A stretch of 63,959 nucleotides of DNA, filler included, from Welwitschia mirabilis (taxonomy: Eukaryota), in assembly GCA_051453625.1 (NCBI GenBank). It is 8 parts of one record of this genome, joined end to end, with 100 filler letters (N's around TTAATTAATTAA, not from the genome) between each part and the next. Parts side by side here need not be neighbours in the genome. Positions count along the whole stretch, not along the records: positions 1 to 9,398 come from JBOZIK010000001.1; positions 9,499 to 13,471 come from JBOZIK010000001.1; 6 more parts are not named here. One strand, given 5' to 3'. This document shows, in pieces, positions 1-12,657 of this stretch; within the stretch, counting starts at the first letter, position 1, and each line of letters opens with the position of its first letter. The position numbers were made by a program, and so were the translations under genes. The notes below the pieces were generated by a model. The model searched no databases. It was given only the letters and a program-made list of their open reading frames with translations, and was not told the origin of the DNA.

Positions 1-114
1 TCTCGTGGACGTAGGGTAACAAGAGCCCGAACCACGTAAATTCTATGTTGTTTCTTTTGTATGCCTGCTGTTCCATTCTTGTTCAAGTACTTTCATGTTG
101 TTAGATTTGTAACA
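1..114 (+). mobile_element. 3' end of a copia-type LTR (truncated by window edge), apparently inserted into the RNase H of the adjacent minus-strand copia
   Basis: GTGGACGTAGG...GAACCACGTAAATTCT motif typical of plant copia U5 regions; ends ...TGTAACA at 114, where the minus-strand RNase H similarity (…EGSVNVQKV) breaks off. Confidence 0.5.
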
Positions 115-3100
115 CCTTTTGAACATTGACTGATCCTTCGTCAATGACTTTTTTGATAAAGTGGAACTTGAGATCAATATGTTTTGTCCTGCCATGATAT
201 GTAGGATCCTTTACCTAAAAGATGACACTTTGAATGTCACAAAACTTAGGGTGCCACAACATTTCTGTACAAGCTTCTAATGCTGCATGTTTTTCTTTAG
301 TAGTTGACAAAGTTACCAAAGGGTTGAAGCCTTGATAACAAGCCAATGGCTGCTTCATCCAACATGATGGTATAACCTGTTGTTGACCTTCTCAAGTCCT
401 AATTAGCTGCAAAGTTTGTATCCACAAAACTGTGACTATTTAAGTTACCACTACCAAAGCACAAATGGGTTGTTTGGGTACCCTTCAAGTACCCTAAAAT
501 CCACTTTATTGCTTACCAATGGTTGCAGCCACAATTTCCCATGAGCTTGCTAACAACTCCCAGTTACACATGCTCTGTGTGGACCTGTACAAACAAACAG
601 ACAATAGCATACTTTAAGGAACATATTGCTGATGCATGTGCAGTGTTTTCCATCGTTTCAGCAAGTTCCCATGTTTCGTTCTGCTGCAGTGAACTCCATT
701 CTTCACTCATAGTTTAATTTAACTTTGTTTCTTTAGCAAAAGAAAATGCCTCTTTCATTGTTTTTAGTTCGCACCCTTTGCATAAATGACATAATGCTAA
801 GAAGGAGAGCACCCATAAGGATCATGTGATATTTTGGTCGAATATCTTAGCCACTGAGATGTGTCAAGAGGTTCTTCTTCTTCTTCTTCTTCTTCATTAT
901 TATCATGTAAAGAACATTCATCATTCACACCATCATTGCGAATGCTTACTTTGGGATTTGGACTAGGAACATGCTTCTCTTCTTCTTCATTCTTGCTTAG
1001 CCTTAAAGGAGGTCTATTAACCTCATGGAGGTGTCCAGAACTAGGTTCAGCACTTCACCTCAAGTCCTTACCTTGACTGCCATAATCTGTCACATATTCC
1101 TGAACTTCACATCTTGTAACCTGACAAACTGCCTGCTTTCAGGAAGCCACAATCTGTAGCCAAGGTTATGTTGAGCATAATTTATGAAAATGCACCTTTT
1201 AGCTCTTTCCTACAGATTTGGTCTGTTCTACTTTATGACATGAATATACGCTTCATAACCAAAGACCTTTAAGGGCATGTAAGAGATTTCCTTTCCATTT
1301 GTCAAAATTTCTGGAACGTCATTTTCTAATGTGGAATGAGGAGACCTGTCGATCAAGGAAGCTGTCTTTGAAACTTGAAATAACCTCAGCCCAAAACTGT
1401 TTAGGCAAACCAACACCAACAACCATTGATCTAACATCCTCCAACAACATTCTACCTATAAGATCTTTTCCAGTCTCTCCAGTCTCTTCAAGCTCTAAGT
1501 TGTGCATGCCTTAGGTTTCTCTAGCAATGAACTTGTCCTTACTTTTGTCATTTTCTTGTCCTTTGTCAAACTTCCCATTGTCTTTCCATGTTTTCTTATT
1601 CTACGTCGTTATGCATTAGGGGAAATTGGGGTTATAGTTGCCTTCTTTCATATTCCAAGTAATCCGTTCACATCCAGTGTCACTTGCATAGTGACAATGA
1701 AGATAAAAGAGAGAATTTTGTTGTTACATACATAATTGACCCCCTTAACAGGAAGGGGATTTCTTTAAACAGAGTATTTTGCATGCTTACATGCATTTTT
1801 TTCCCCAATTTTTTTACAAAATCACGAGTGCAGTCATTTCTTGTTCAATTCTCTTAAAATATGGTCATGATTTAAGTCAATCAAATAGGCACATAACAAG
1901 ATGAGCAAAATCTTAGTGTCCGATTAAAAAAAGGGTCCAAATTATTAAGAAAGTAAGTTAAGAAATAGGATGAAGAACAGATCGTACTGATTTCTATATG
2001 TCCTATGGACGTTGGCATTTGCATAGACTGCATTCGATCCCAATTCTTCCTTAATTCTCAAAAGTTGAGTGTACTTGGTGAGCCTCTTGGATTTGTAAGA
2101 GTCTAGGCCGTGATTTGTCTAATGGACAAACTGACAGCCAGATCTGCAATAATTGTGTTCTCACTTTCACTGCTTTGATGACTTGTCATTTCTCTCAATC
2201 TAGGGTATTTTGGCATTTTCACCACCTCAATACTCTCTGTTGTAGAACCTAGCTAGTTTGCTTTCAGCAACAGAGCATTGCAGGAATTTTCATTAATTAC
2301 TTTCACAACGCGCTTGGGATTTGTCACAAGTCGATTGCTTGTAATGATCTGAACTTTCTCACCGATAGTGGTTGTAAACTTTTCATAATGTTCCCAGTTG
2401 TCTTGATCAAGCATATCCTTGTTGGACACAATCGGATACTCTGTGATGAATGCCTGGTTAAACATGATAAACTCTTCTCCAGAAATTTTCTTGTTTTCAT
2501 CATTGTTCTGCTTTTTGACATTTGTATCTTGCTTCTTGTCTTTCTTAGTGTAAAACTCAGACACTGCGACATCCATTCCAACAGCTACTTTTACAGTATA
2601 TCTGGTCTTCTTAATCATGACCTTAAGAAGCTTTGAGCCCTCCTTGTTTTTCTGAATGTTGGGCTTAAATCCTCCTTCCTTGTTAATGCTAACCACATCC
2701 TTGTTGTGTTTCTTATTGATCAGGGATTTCGAATTTTGATAAACCTTTGTCCCATTCCCAGTGCCTTCACAAACAAGGAAGCTCCAACAGTCGAAATCAT
2801 GAATTTCTACATAGTAAGTTGTTTTTGGTGTGTAATTTGGGATTTATGATGTTGAATGTCAAAATGGGCATAACCAGGGTTCTGTTTTTAGGAAGACCAA
2901 TGATGTGTTCATCTAGAGGAACCTTTCTCACAGCTGCAACTGCTTTGCAGACTGTTAGGAAAACAATGGGAATAGCATTAGTGGCAAGCTCCTGCTTGCA
3001 CCAGCCCAACTGTTTTGCATCCCCTCGAGCTCCTTCACCATAAAGTTATGAATTGCTACCTGGTCGACAGTATTCATTCTAACCAACATAGGTCCATTAA

Positions 3101-4420
3101 TGTTGTTCACATTATTGATGGGCTTCGAGATGCCTTTGTCTTCCAAAGCCTCATAAACACCAGTCCAAGCACCTTTAGGAATCATGGCTCTTGTGAAGTT
3201 TCTGTTGGAGGTGAGCCCATTTACTTTGATAGTGGATTTCATTGCTGTTGAAGATCTGCCTTGCCTTCACCTTTTGAATACTTGTCATGGATGATGATTG
3301 ATTCCATTGCAAAGATTTACAAAGACGATAACTATTTGCGTGCAACGATGATACTGTGTGCAATCTCAAGGAGTTTCAACAAGTGTGAAATGCTTTAGGG
3401 AAGCATCATTGAGTGAAAGGACTCCATCCTATGATCCTTCTCTGAGACTCAGAAGCTCCTTTAGAATTGTCTCCTTGTCTTTTTTATTCTCTGAGCTTGC
3501 TTAGATGAGTACTGATACTGCCATCACTACAAATAGAAAGTACAAAAGCCTTGCTTCTACCATGTTCCTTTGAGCATGCTTTGACTTTCTCTGCAGTTAC
3601 ACTTGCATGTGTTCTGACTTTCTTTGCAAGATGGCTACATTGGCGGTGTCAAAAGTGTATAGTGAAAATCTAGTGTCATTTTTCATGAATTTATTATCCT
3701 TGCAAATTGACTCCAGGAATGCATTTTGATGCCTAAGAGCATGATCTTGATGACCACTTGAAGGCACAACACATAGAACAATCGCAACCTCATAGTTGTC
3801 AATTGAAACTCATACCCTAATGGCTTGTTACTACATCAAATGATTAAGCAATAGAATAATGAGAGGCTGTGTGTTTTTTTTGGGGTGTTTTCTCTCAATC
3901 TCAATTCTCAAGTCTTTGGTCGATAGTTTCTTTTTACTTNNNNNNNNNNNNNNNNNNNNNNNNNNNNNNNNNNNNNNNNNNNNNNNNNNNNNNNNNNNNN
4001 NNNNNNNNNNNNNNNNNNNNNNNNNNNNNNNNNNNNNNNTGCCCTACCTATTGCATCCTTTCAATCTTTTTAATCTCTCAAGGGCTAGCGGTTATTTGAA
4101 TATTCTTACCTACTTTACTACCAATTGAAGGAAATGATAGGCGATGCTACTGTGAAAACAAACTTAACGAAAAATTATTTTGAAAGATAAATAATGAGTG
4201 AAATATTACTCCAAGATAAATTGGGGCAAATAGTGAGGCAACATTTGATTAATCTTTCTTTGCTTTTATACAACTTTTTGACTCAACCAACTCACAACTG
4301 ACTTAAAACTACTTGATGGTTAACTAATCATTCCATAACCTCTCTTTTCTGACAACTCTTTACATACATAATTACCTTCTTTTGTATGCTTAACATTTTA
4401 TTTTCTTAGCCTATTCTAAC
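115..4420 (-). mobile_element. Degenerate Ty1/copia element (gag/protease remnant, integrase C-terminal part, RT end/RNase H) carrying an enolase retrocopy
   Basis: Minus-strand integrase motifs GLPKQFWAE and RSPHSTLENDVPE..LKVFGYEAYIHV (1228-1507); RNase H motifs DLRRSTTGY and YHGRTKHIDLKFHFI (~150-400); weak gag/protease-like remnants ~3320-3720; possible decayed tRNA-Met PBS near 3822-3833 and LTR-like end ...CTAACA at 4420. Outer boundary uncertain. Confidence 0.65.
1985..3288 (-). pseudogene. ENO2: Processed (intronless) pseudogene of plant cytosolic enolase (ENO2/LOS2 type), with frameshifts and stops
   Basis: Starts MTSIQKVKARQIF at 3288; continues TGVYEALE, NFMVKELEG, GWCKQEL (remnant of the plant EWGWC insertion), EGGFKPNIQKNKEG, GMDVAVSEFY, DQDNWEHY, NALLLKAN, IADLAV, KYTQLLRIKEELG. 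The whole protein spans ~1.3 kb with no introns. Confidence 0.93.
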
Positions 4421-5047
4421 ATTATCTAGACCATTTTAAATGCTGGCATTACTCATGTTAAAAGAATTCAACGTTAGAGGTTTGCCTAGAGCACTGAAAC
4501 AACCTTGAAGCTTTTAAGAAATTATTTGAGTACAATAGTAATGCTCAAGGAATGCAAAATAGGACACAAAAAAGATTCACAATTGCATTAGCCTCTAAAG
4601 TGAAAAATGGATCAACTTTTGTAGGGAACAATAGAGCTAGTTGTTGGAGAATTGAATGTCTCCACTTGAGTGTTAGATATTGATTAGGAGCTAAACACTA
4701 GCCACCATTAGCCAATACGTCACCATTAATGTGAATTTGGACAACTAACTTGCATTTAGAACTAAAATCCAGGTGGAAGCCAGTTACCAATTAAGTAAGT
4801 TGTTCTCTTGACTTTGATGATCTAAAAATTCAGAGCAATTTGGTTGACCCATTAGAAGGCTGGTCCACCAGGCTGCATATATTCCAAGTGCAAGTTGGTT
4901 GACCCATCATAAGGTTTCACACACCAAGAGCTGTTGAGAATAATTGATCTTCTCATTAGCATGTCAATCTACCAATGCTACAGCCTTCGGAAAAAACATC
5001 AATTAAACACTTGTAGATATCTGGCATCAGCCATGTTGCCTTCAAAC

Positions 5048-5619
5048 CAAACTTGTAAAATGTAGATTGGATTGCGGATCCTTTTTTTGATTTGGAGATT
5101 CTGGATTGCTGGATCGCTCTGGAGCATAATGTGGGTCATTGCGGATTGCAAACATGGAAAAACCTTACAACTGAATTTAAAACTTAATGAAATCAATTTA
5201 ATATTTAATTGAAATAAAATATTAGATATTTTAAAATGTCTTCTTACTTATGTTTGAGTTTACACCTACTTGAGAATGTTAAAATGATCAAAATATTCCA
5301 TGTATGTTGGGTTTGAACCTCAAAGAATAACAAACCTCTCTAGATCTTTGTGGATCCCTTTGAAGCTCTTGTAGATCTCTTCAAATCTCTATGGATCTCT
5401 TTAGGTCATTGTGAAATGCATTGGATCGCTGTAGAGTAGATCGCTCCCAAAGGCGATCCAAAGCCTCTGGATCGAGATCTAGAGGGCATTGCTATACAAG
5501 GCCTCCAAATCAACATCAAGAGGGAATTGTGATCCAGAATTGATTCAGGGCGTTTTCTTTGCAGATTGAGATCCAGATAGCCCTGGAATCGCGATTTGGA
5601 TGCATGTTTCACAACTATG
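5048..5619. mobile_element. Non-autonomous hAT-like element/MITE (old)
   Basis: Imperfect TIRs CAAACTTGTAAAAT / GTTTCACAACTATG; flanks CTTCAAAC / ATTCAAAA (6 of 8 match, decayed 8-bp TSD); GATC-rich subterminal repeats at both ends with an AT-rich core. Confidence 0.55.
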
Positions 5620-6805
5620 ATTCAAAACATGCTAAGTCAAACGTATGTCATTTCTGAAACACAATGACATGCTAACAAATTGTTATTGTATTGCCAAAAA
5701 GGGAAATTTATCTCAGAATGCTGGTCTAATTGTTTTATCTTGCTAATTGCTTTCTAAACTTAATAATAGACCTTGCCAATTGACTGCACGTACCATTATT
5801 TGATATCATTGTCATGTCTATTTGCCTATATGGATAATGTTCGTTTAGTTTTTAATTCTTCAGTTGGTTGTTACTTTGAGTCTTTGTGTAGAATATTTTG
5901 GAGCTCAGGCTCCTATCTTGTAATTGGAATAGTAGTGATAGATACAAGACCCTTTTGAATCAGTATTTTTTAATGCTTTCATGGCTTTACCAAGTTTTTA
6001 TTGTATATCCATTTTTTGCCAGGTCCTGAGTCTAGAAAGTCCTGAGTTTCTGCAATGCTGGGATCTTACTACATTATATTATCTGTTGTGAAAACATGAG
6101 TATAAAGCTCATGTATAACGTTTCGCTGAGTTTGGTTTTTAACATTGTTTGCTACATAGAATATGCAGTTAGTATTCAGTGAATATTTGTTGTTCTGAAA
6201 GGTCAATGTAACAAACACACACTGATGATTTTTCTTTGCTAAAATTAAATTTATATGTTGAAAGTTGCAAGTGCACTTTAGCATTCTTTAGAAAATGCAG
6301 GAAGGGCTATATATTCTAGTTTGTTTGGCATTTATATTTGAAGACACTTGAAAAATTCGAGGTTGATTAGAATGGACTGAAATGTGATGAAGTATTACTT
6401 TGAATAAAGCTGAAGGATCTCATCCTTTTCTTTCAGATACAAACAAAGATTATTGTGATAGTTAATAATTTCTTGATAGATGATACTCATGATGATACCG
6501 TTGGTTGATTACTTAATTGAAGAATATTTCTTTCATTCTTGATAGCCATCCAGTTATGTTTGGTTCAATTGGTTTCTTTCAAGGGACTTGAGTTAGTTTT
6601 TGTTCATTGTGTTTGCAAGACATGGGTAAAATGACAATGAGTGCATTTTGTAAGATGCCTTTCTTCTGCACATTTGAAAGTCACTTTGCAATAGAGTATA
6701 TAGCTTATATTGTGTCATTCTAGAACCCTGTTACAACTGGGAACCCTAGACATCTCATTTCATATCTATGATATTATTGTGATTTAATATTTCTCTGTTT
6801 TGCAG

Positions 6806-6907
6806 CACGTTAACCGCCTTGAAATCACTCCTGACAAACAACTGTTAGCTGCAGCAGGAAATCCACACATACGCCTTTTTGAAGTGAATTCAAACAATCA
6901 TCAGCAT
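6806..6907 (+). CDS. LST8: TOR complex subunit LST8 (WD40), internal exon, 102 nt, phase 0-0
   Basis: TTTTGCAG acceptor; encodes [40 protein letters not shown] donor at 6908. Matches the plant LST8 segment [22 protein letters not shown]. Confidence 0.93.
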
Positions 6908-7003
6908 GTGTGTATAATTTGTGAATCTTCTTTAATCTCTTTTCTTTCCATGTGTCTAATCCTAATATTTGCCCCATGTGATTCTGCCTTTTCTTGATGG
7001 CAG

Positions 7004-7113
7004 ATAAGCAGTTATGAGCACACAAACAATGTTACAGCAGTAGGATTTCAGTGTGATGGGAAATGGATGTACTCTGGCTCTGAAGATGGTACTGTAAAAA
7101 TATGGGACTTGAG
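7004..7113 (+). CDS. LST8: TOR complex subunit LST8, next internal exon, 110 nt, ends in phase 2
   Basis: Follows a 96-nt GT-AG intron (6908-7003); encodes [36 protein letters not shown](R); AG|GTACAT donor at 7114. Not in the supplied ORF track because it has no start codon. Confidence 0.95.
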
Positions 7114-8042
7114 GTACATAAAAACAGTAAGGTTTTTGGTAAATGGGTATTCTCTATCATTAATGTTTTGATTTTTGTTTAACTTTTAGCTGACTTTAAT
7201 TGTCAGATTAAATACATCACCCGTTTTAGTTGAATACAATAGGCTGTTTGTATTTTAGCATCACATTGTAGTTTGGGAAATTGGTATGCCTGCGAGCATA
7301 GTTTGAAAACTTTTGAAAATGAAAATGCCAGCAAGCTAGTAAGGAAAGTTGGGTTGCTGAGTTGAGAGATTAGTTGTCAATAGTGGGCACCATAAAAATG
7401 TGGAAAAAATTGAATTTTTTGAAATACTTGATTGGATTACACGTGTAAAAATTATTGTAATACTTTCAATAGCAATCTGAAGTGAAAATGAATTGTAATA
7501 CATTTTCTCTTGCATTTCAAAATTTCAAATTGTACAAAATGGAAAAATGCAAAACTAATATGGTAAGTAGACACACCAGTTTTTAGAACCCAAAACCAGT
7601 CTTGAAATTTCACATAATCCTAAAACAATATAGTTCAAATAACATTTATAGTTTGTCAAAGCAAAATGTCTAGAAATCATTACTTAAATCATGAATAGTA
7701 CATCATCTGGTCATGAAGAGATCATTAACTACCACTTTGCATAATTAAAATGTGACTAACTTCAAAAATGATAATGCAAATGAATAATATGCCAAGTCAT
7801 GCACTCATGGTGTTTGGCTAGTAGGAGTAGAAGGTCCTTCTTCATCCTTCTTCTGCACATTGAACTTCCTTCCCCATGTCTAGTAAACATGTTGTATAGG
7901 TGATCATCTAAGATCTAACAATAGGAGGTCGAGTTGGAGATGCCAACTCTTCCATGTTGAATAGAGGCTCATCTACCCTAGAATGTCATCATGTAAAAAG
8001 TTGTCACCAAGTATGGAATTACTATCATGGTTAGGCTCCATA

Positions 8043-8500
8043 TGTAAGACGTTATTAAAAATGAGAGTTTTTGCGCAACAACCAAAAGAACAGTGAAGCA
8101 CAAAACATCAAAATAGTTAAAAGAAAAAAAGGAAAAGAAGAAAATCCACAAGATACTAAGATTTATGTTGTAAAACCCTTAGGTAAAGGGAAACATCCAT
8201 GGAAGAAGAAAGAGCTCTATTATCAGTTATGTAAATGAACTCGCTGCCATATGATGTGCAACAATCAAAGTCCTTTAAATGGGATTAGGTTTTTAACTCA
8301 AGCCAAGCTTAAAGCTCTAAATCTAACCCTCCATTCACTTACATGTCTTGCTAGCTCCATGTTTTCATAGGGCTTCCTTTATATTCTAACTATTAATTGT
8401 AACATGTAAATGGACTACAGGGGCTAATCTTCCTTGACAACATAACACGACTCTACTAAAAGATTTTGCTTAAACCCTAAAAACCTCCCATTTGAAGACA
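8043..8500 (-). mobile_element. Decayed copia-type LTR with adjacent PPT-like tract
   Basis: AGATTTATGTTGTAAAACCC..GGGAAACATCCATGGAAG motif shared with LTRs near 9036, 13365 and 17210; CCTCCCATTTGAAGACA at ~8484-8500 resembles the PPT at 9319-9336. Confidence 0.4.
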
Positions 8501-8981
8501 CCGCTACCTTTTCCATCCATGCAAGGCAACTTAAATATCGATGTAAAATCTAATGATGTTATCAGGTCACCTACAATATGACATATCATCTTGTTGCCAT
8601 GGTACCACCTATTGAAGCATTCATTAGCAAAACCAAAGCATCATTGCCTAAATTGACTAAAACAAGTCGGATCAAGAAGGAGAAGAGCTAGGTTGAAACT
8701 ATAGCAAATTGAAAGTTCTTCACCAAATTGTTCCTTAAAGCACTAGAACCACATCCTTTCACAATCCTTCAACATACAAAGATCTTGCATAAAACTGCAA
8801 GAACAAACCACACAATCTTAATGTTATGCAACAACAAAGTTCAATGTGGTTAGTTTCTATGAACTTCCACATCAATGTATAAAGTTCTATCAGACGAAAG
8901 ACTACAACAAACCAAAGAAGAAAGCACTGTAAACTCCCATTAGCAATATTTCATGATGCTAGGAGTGTCACTAATCTTTAT

Positions 8982-10388
8982 TGTAAATCAATGCTAAAGA
9001 AAATGATACAACGAGCACAAGAACAACACACACAGATTTATGTGGAAAACACTTTTGGGGAAAACCACGAGAAGTAGGCAGAGCACTTAATCTAATTCAA
9101 GTTGCAAAAGAATCACAATATAAAATAAACCCCCAAGCAACCTTTAAATAGCTCTAGGGTTTCAAGCCTAGACAATCTAGAAAGTTCATCCCCTTTTCCC
9201 TCCCTTTTTTTTCCTTTTATTTTAAATACTCCAAGGAGTTAAAACGTAACCTCCTTTGGCAACACTACAAAAAGCAAGGGGTTTTAAACAAGACAAATTT
9301 GGCTTCACTTCTCCAACATTCTCCCACTTGAAGACAAATTTTGGTGAGTGTTCAAGAACAACTCCTTTTGTAGCCCCAAGAGATGCCCACTTTCATGCNN
9401 NNNNNNNNNNNNNNNNNNNNNNNNNNNNNNNNNNNNNNNNNNTTAATTAATTAANNNNNNNNNNNNNNNNNNNNNNNNNNNNNNNNNNNNNNNNNNNNCA
9501 TTTCTTCTTCCATGGCTGCTTTCCATTTATGAAATTTAGAAGAAGAAATAGTTTCTTCAAAGGATTCAGGTTTTCCCTTATCTGTAAACAACACATAATT
9601 TAACAATGAAGAATACCTTTCAATTTGCTTGGTAACTCTGGTGTATTTATGAACCAAATGTGTTGGAGTTTGGGTTCCATCATCATTAGACTCAGATTCA
9701 GTTTTGGCACATAAGCTTTCCTCTTCAGGCTGGATATTTTCCACATGTGTATTATGCTTTTCATTATCATCAACTTGTTCAGGCTTGTGCAGGGTGCGAG
9801 AATAAGAACTTTCCTTTTTCTGAATGCTTTTCTGTGACTTATAAAACATCACCTCTTCTCTGAATTCAACGTGACGTGATCTAACAATTCTATGTGCCAC
9901 AAGATCCCAAAGCTTGTATTCAAAATTATCCCCCTTATAGCCAAGAAAAACACATTTCCTCCGACATTCTTCTAGTTTTTCTGCACCTTATAAATGGACA
10001 TACATCTCACATCCAAAAACATGCAGGTGAGACNNNNNNNNNNNNNNNNNNNNNNNNNNNNNNNNNNNNNNNNNNNNNNNNNNNNNNNNNNNNNNNNNNN
10101 NNNNNNNNNNNNNNNNNNNNNNNNNNNNNNNNNTTTCCTCCGACATTCTTCTAGTTTTTCTGCACCTTATAAATGGACATACATCTCACATCCAAAAACA
10201 CGCAGGTGAGACAAAGAAAGAGAACTCCCACTCCAGATAGATTCTAGAATATCACCATCTAAGGCTGAATGAGGAGAACAGTTGATCAAATAAGCACTTT
10301 GATCTAGGAGCTGCTGCCCAAAACAATTTAGGTACACTAGATTGAGCAAACATGGATCTAATTCTGTTAAGAACTATAGGATTATGTT
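8982..10388 (-). mobile_element. Ty1/copia fragment: integrase C-terminal region, PPT and 3' LTR (~8982-9318)
   Basis: ORFs 10167-10349 (YLINCSPHSAL..HLRVFGCEMYVH) and 9451-9900 (IVRSRHVEFREE..PESFEE..KWKAAMEEEM); minus-strand PPT AAGTGGGAGAA directly before TGTTGG at 9318. A linker gap lies between the LTR and the coding part. Confidence 0.8.
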
Positions 10389-12657
10389 NNNNNNNNNNNN
10401 NNNNNNNNNNNNNNNNNNNNNNNNNNNNNNNNNNNNNNNNNNNNNNNNNNNNNNNNNNNNNNNNNNNNNNNNNNNNNNNNNNNNNNNNGTGTCCTATAAA
10501 TAAGTGGGTATTGTAAATACTTTGACATATCGAATAAAAGGGGTTTCTCCCAATATTTCTTCAGTAACAAAATATTGCAAAGAAGCAAGAGAGTAGGGAT
10601 TAAGAGGGCCAACAACATTAGAGTAGATAAGTTCTAATTTATTGTTGCTTCTAAGATGTTCATTTCCTTCGAAATTAACTCTTCATGACTTTCCAACTTC
10701 ATAATCTTTACATAAATCAAAACTGGCAAAAACAAACAAAGGAAGAAGAGATTTCAATTGAAGTACCTTTAGCCCTACTTATGCAGTGTGTCCAAATGTC
10801 TATGAGATAAGTTGAACTTTCTTTTGTTGCAACAACCTCTTCTTATTTCGTACTAGCAACAACATGAACATATATGGAACCCTTTTTGGCTCCTTAGCAC
10901 CCTTGCTGATCTTCCCTGTACGAGTAGCAAATGAAAGCTCACAACCTAACTCGTCAAACTGAACAAAAAATAGTAGATTCTTAGTAATTTTTGTATCACG
11001 CCTGATGTTCCTAGCTGTCATGAGTTGCCCATTCAGTTGTTTCAACACAATAATGCCAAAACCGTGAAGTTGGAACTCTGTGGTGTTACAACATGAACTA
11101 CTACAGAGAAACATGCTTTATAGGAATTGAAGCATCTATGGTTTGGACAAATTTGAAAAGAGGCACCACTATCTAGTATCCAAACCTATTTTGAGTCTTG
11201 ACTTACATTTGCTACTGAATAAAGGCAAATAAATGTCAAACCTACATCTCCTTCTGTTTGGTTTAACTATCATTCCTTTGGTTTTTTCCTTGTTGCATCC
11301 TCATCCTTTTGCCTTTTACAGGCATTATAGTCCTTTTTCATGTGACCCTTGTTCTTACAAAACCAACACTCGAAATTCCTACCTTGAGAAGCTTCTCTGC
11401 TTTTGCTTTGTTCACATCTTTAACCACNNNNNNNNNNNNNNNNNNNNNNNNNNNNNNNNNNNNNNNNNNNNNNNNNNNNNNNNNNNNNNNNNNNNNNNNN
11501 NNNNNNNNNNNNNNNNNNNNNNNNNNNNNNNNNNNNNNNNNNNNNNNNNNNNNNNNNNNNNNNNNNNNNNNNNNNNNNNNNNNNNNNNNNNNNNNNNNNN
11601 NNNNNNNNNNNNNNNNNNNNNNNNNNNNNNNNNNNNNNNNNNNNNNNNNNNNNNNNNNNNNNNNNNNNNNNNNNNNNNNNNNNNNNNNNNNNNNNNNNNN
11701 NNNNNNNNNNNNNNNNNNNNNNNNNNNNNNNNNNNNNNNNNNNNNNNNNNNNNNNNNNNNNNNNNNNNNNNNNNNNNNNNNNNNNNNNNNNNNNNNNNNN
11801 NNNNNNNNNNNNNNNNNNNNNNNNNNNNNNNNNNNNNNNNNNNNNNNNNNNNNNNNNNNNNNNNNNNNNNNNNNNNNNNNNNNNNNNNNNNNNNNNNNNN
11901 NNNNNNNNNNNNNNNNNNNNNNNNNNNNNNNNNNNNNNNNNNNNNNNNNNNNNNNNNNNNNNNNNNNNNNNNNNNNNNNNNNNNNNNNNNNNNNNNNNNN
12001 NNNNNNNNNNNNNNNNNNNNNNNNNNNNNNNNNNNNNNNNNNNNNNNNNNNNNNNNNNNNNNNNNNNNNNNNNNNNNNNNNNNNNNNNNNNNNNNNNNNN
12101 NNNNNNNNNNNNNNNNNNNNNNNNNNNNNNNNNNNNNNNNNNNNNNNNNNNNNNNNNNNNNNNNNNNNNNNNNNNCAATGTAAAATTTACTCATTTTGGT
12201 GAGCTAGTTATACCTTTTGTTTAGCTTTTTCTAGAGGAGATAAGCTTTCGTGATCCCATTGTACATATTCAGTATCTAACTTCTGAGACAAGGATGAGTT
12301 AGTTCAAGTGTTGTTTGTCTAACTTGTTGCCTTCCATGTTTAGATATGTCTTCAGCCAATCATTATCTAATAAGTCGACATCGCCTTTGGTTCATCCTTT
12401 GATAATAGAACAATGTCACAATCTTTCGGTTAGAGAAGATCTTACATTAGGGTTTCCCAGCTACCCTAGTTCTCTACTTCCACCAACCTGCCCATCATTT
12501 GCAAGCATTCCATCTATGTTTGCGAAGTGTGTGGATGAACAATTAATGGCAACAAAGCAGGAAAGGTCAGCATGTGCAGACGAATTAGAAAACTTCTTCC
12601 TTGCTTCACTTGCTTGCTCATAAGAAAACAAGTTCACCAATAAGCACTGACATAGGT

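Noticed and set aside
2253-2696. 147-aa enolase-like ORF as a functional gene or MBP-1-like short isoform
   Set aside because: Surrounded by frameshifts, followed by an in-frame stop, and conserved acidic motifs are altered (GDEGG>NKEGG, GDDL>SNRL).
10800-11114. 104-aa minus-strand ORF faintly like LINE RNase H (GFGIIVLKQLNGQLMTAR)
   Set aside because: Only one short motif, no catalytic residues recognisable; too weak to call.
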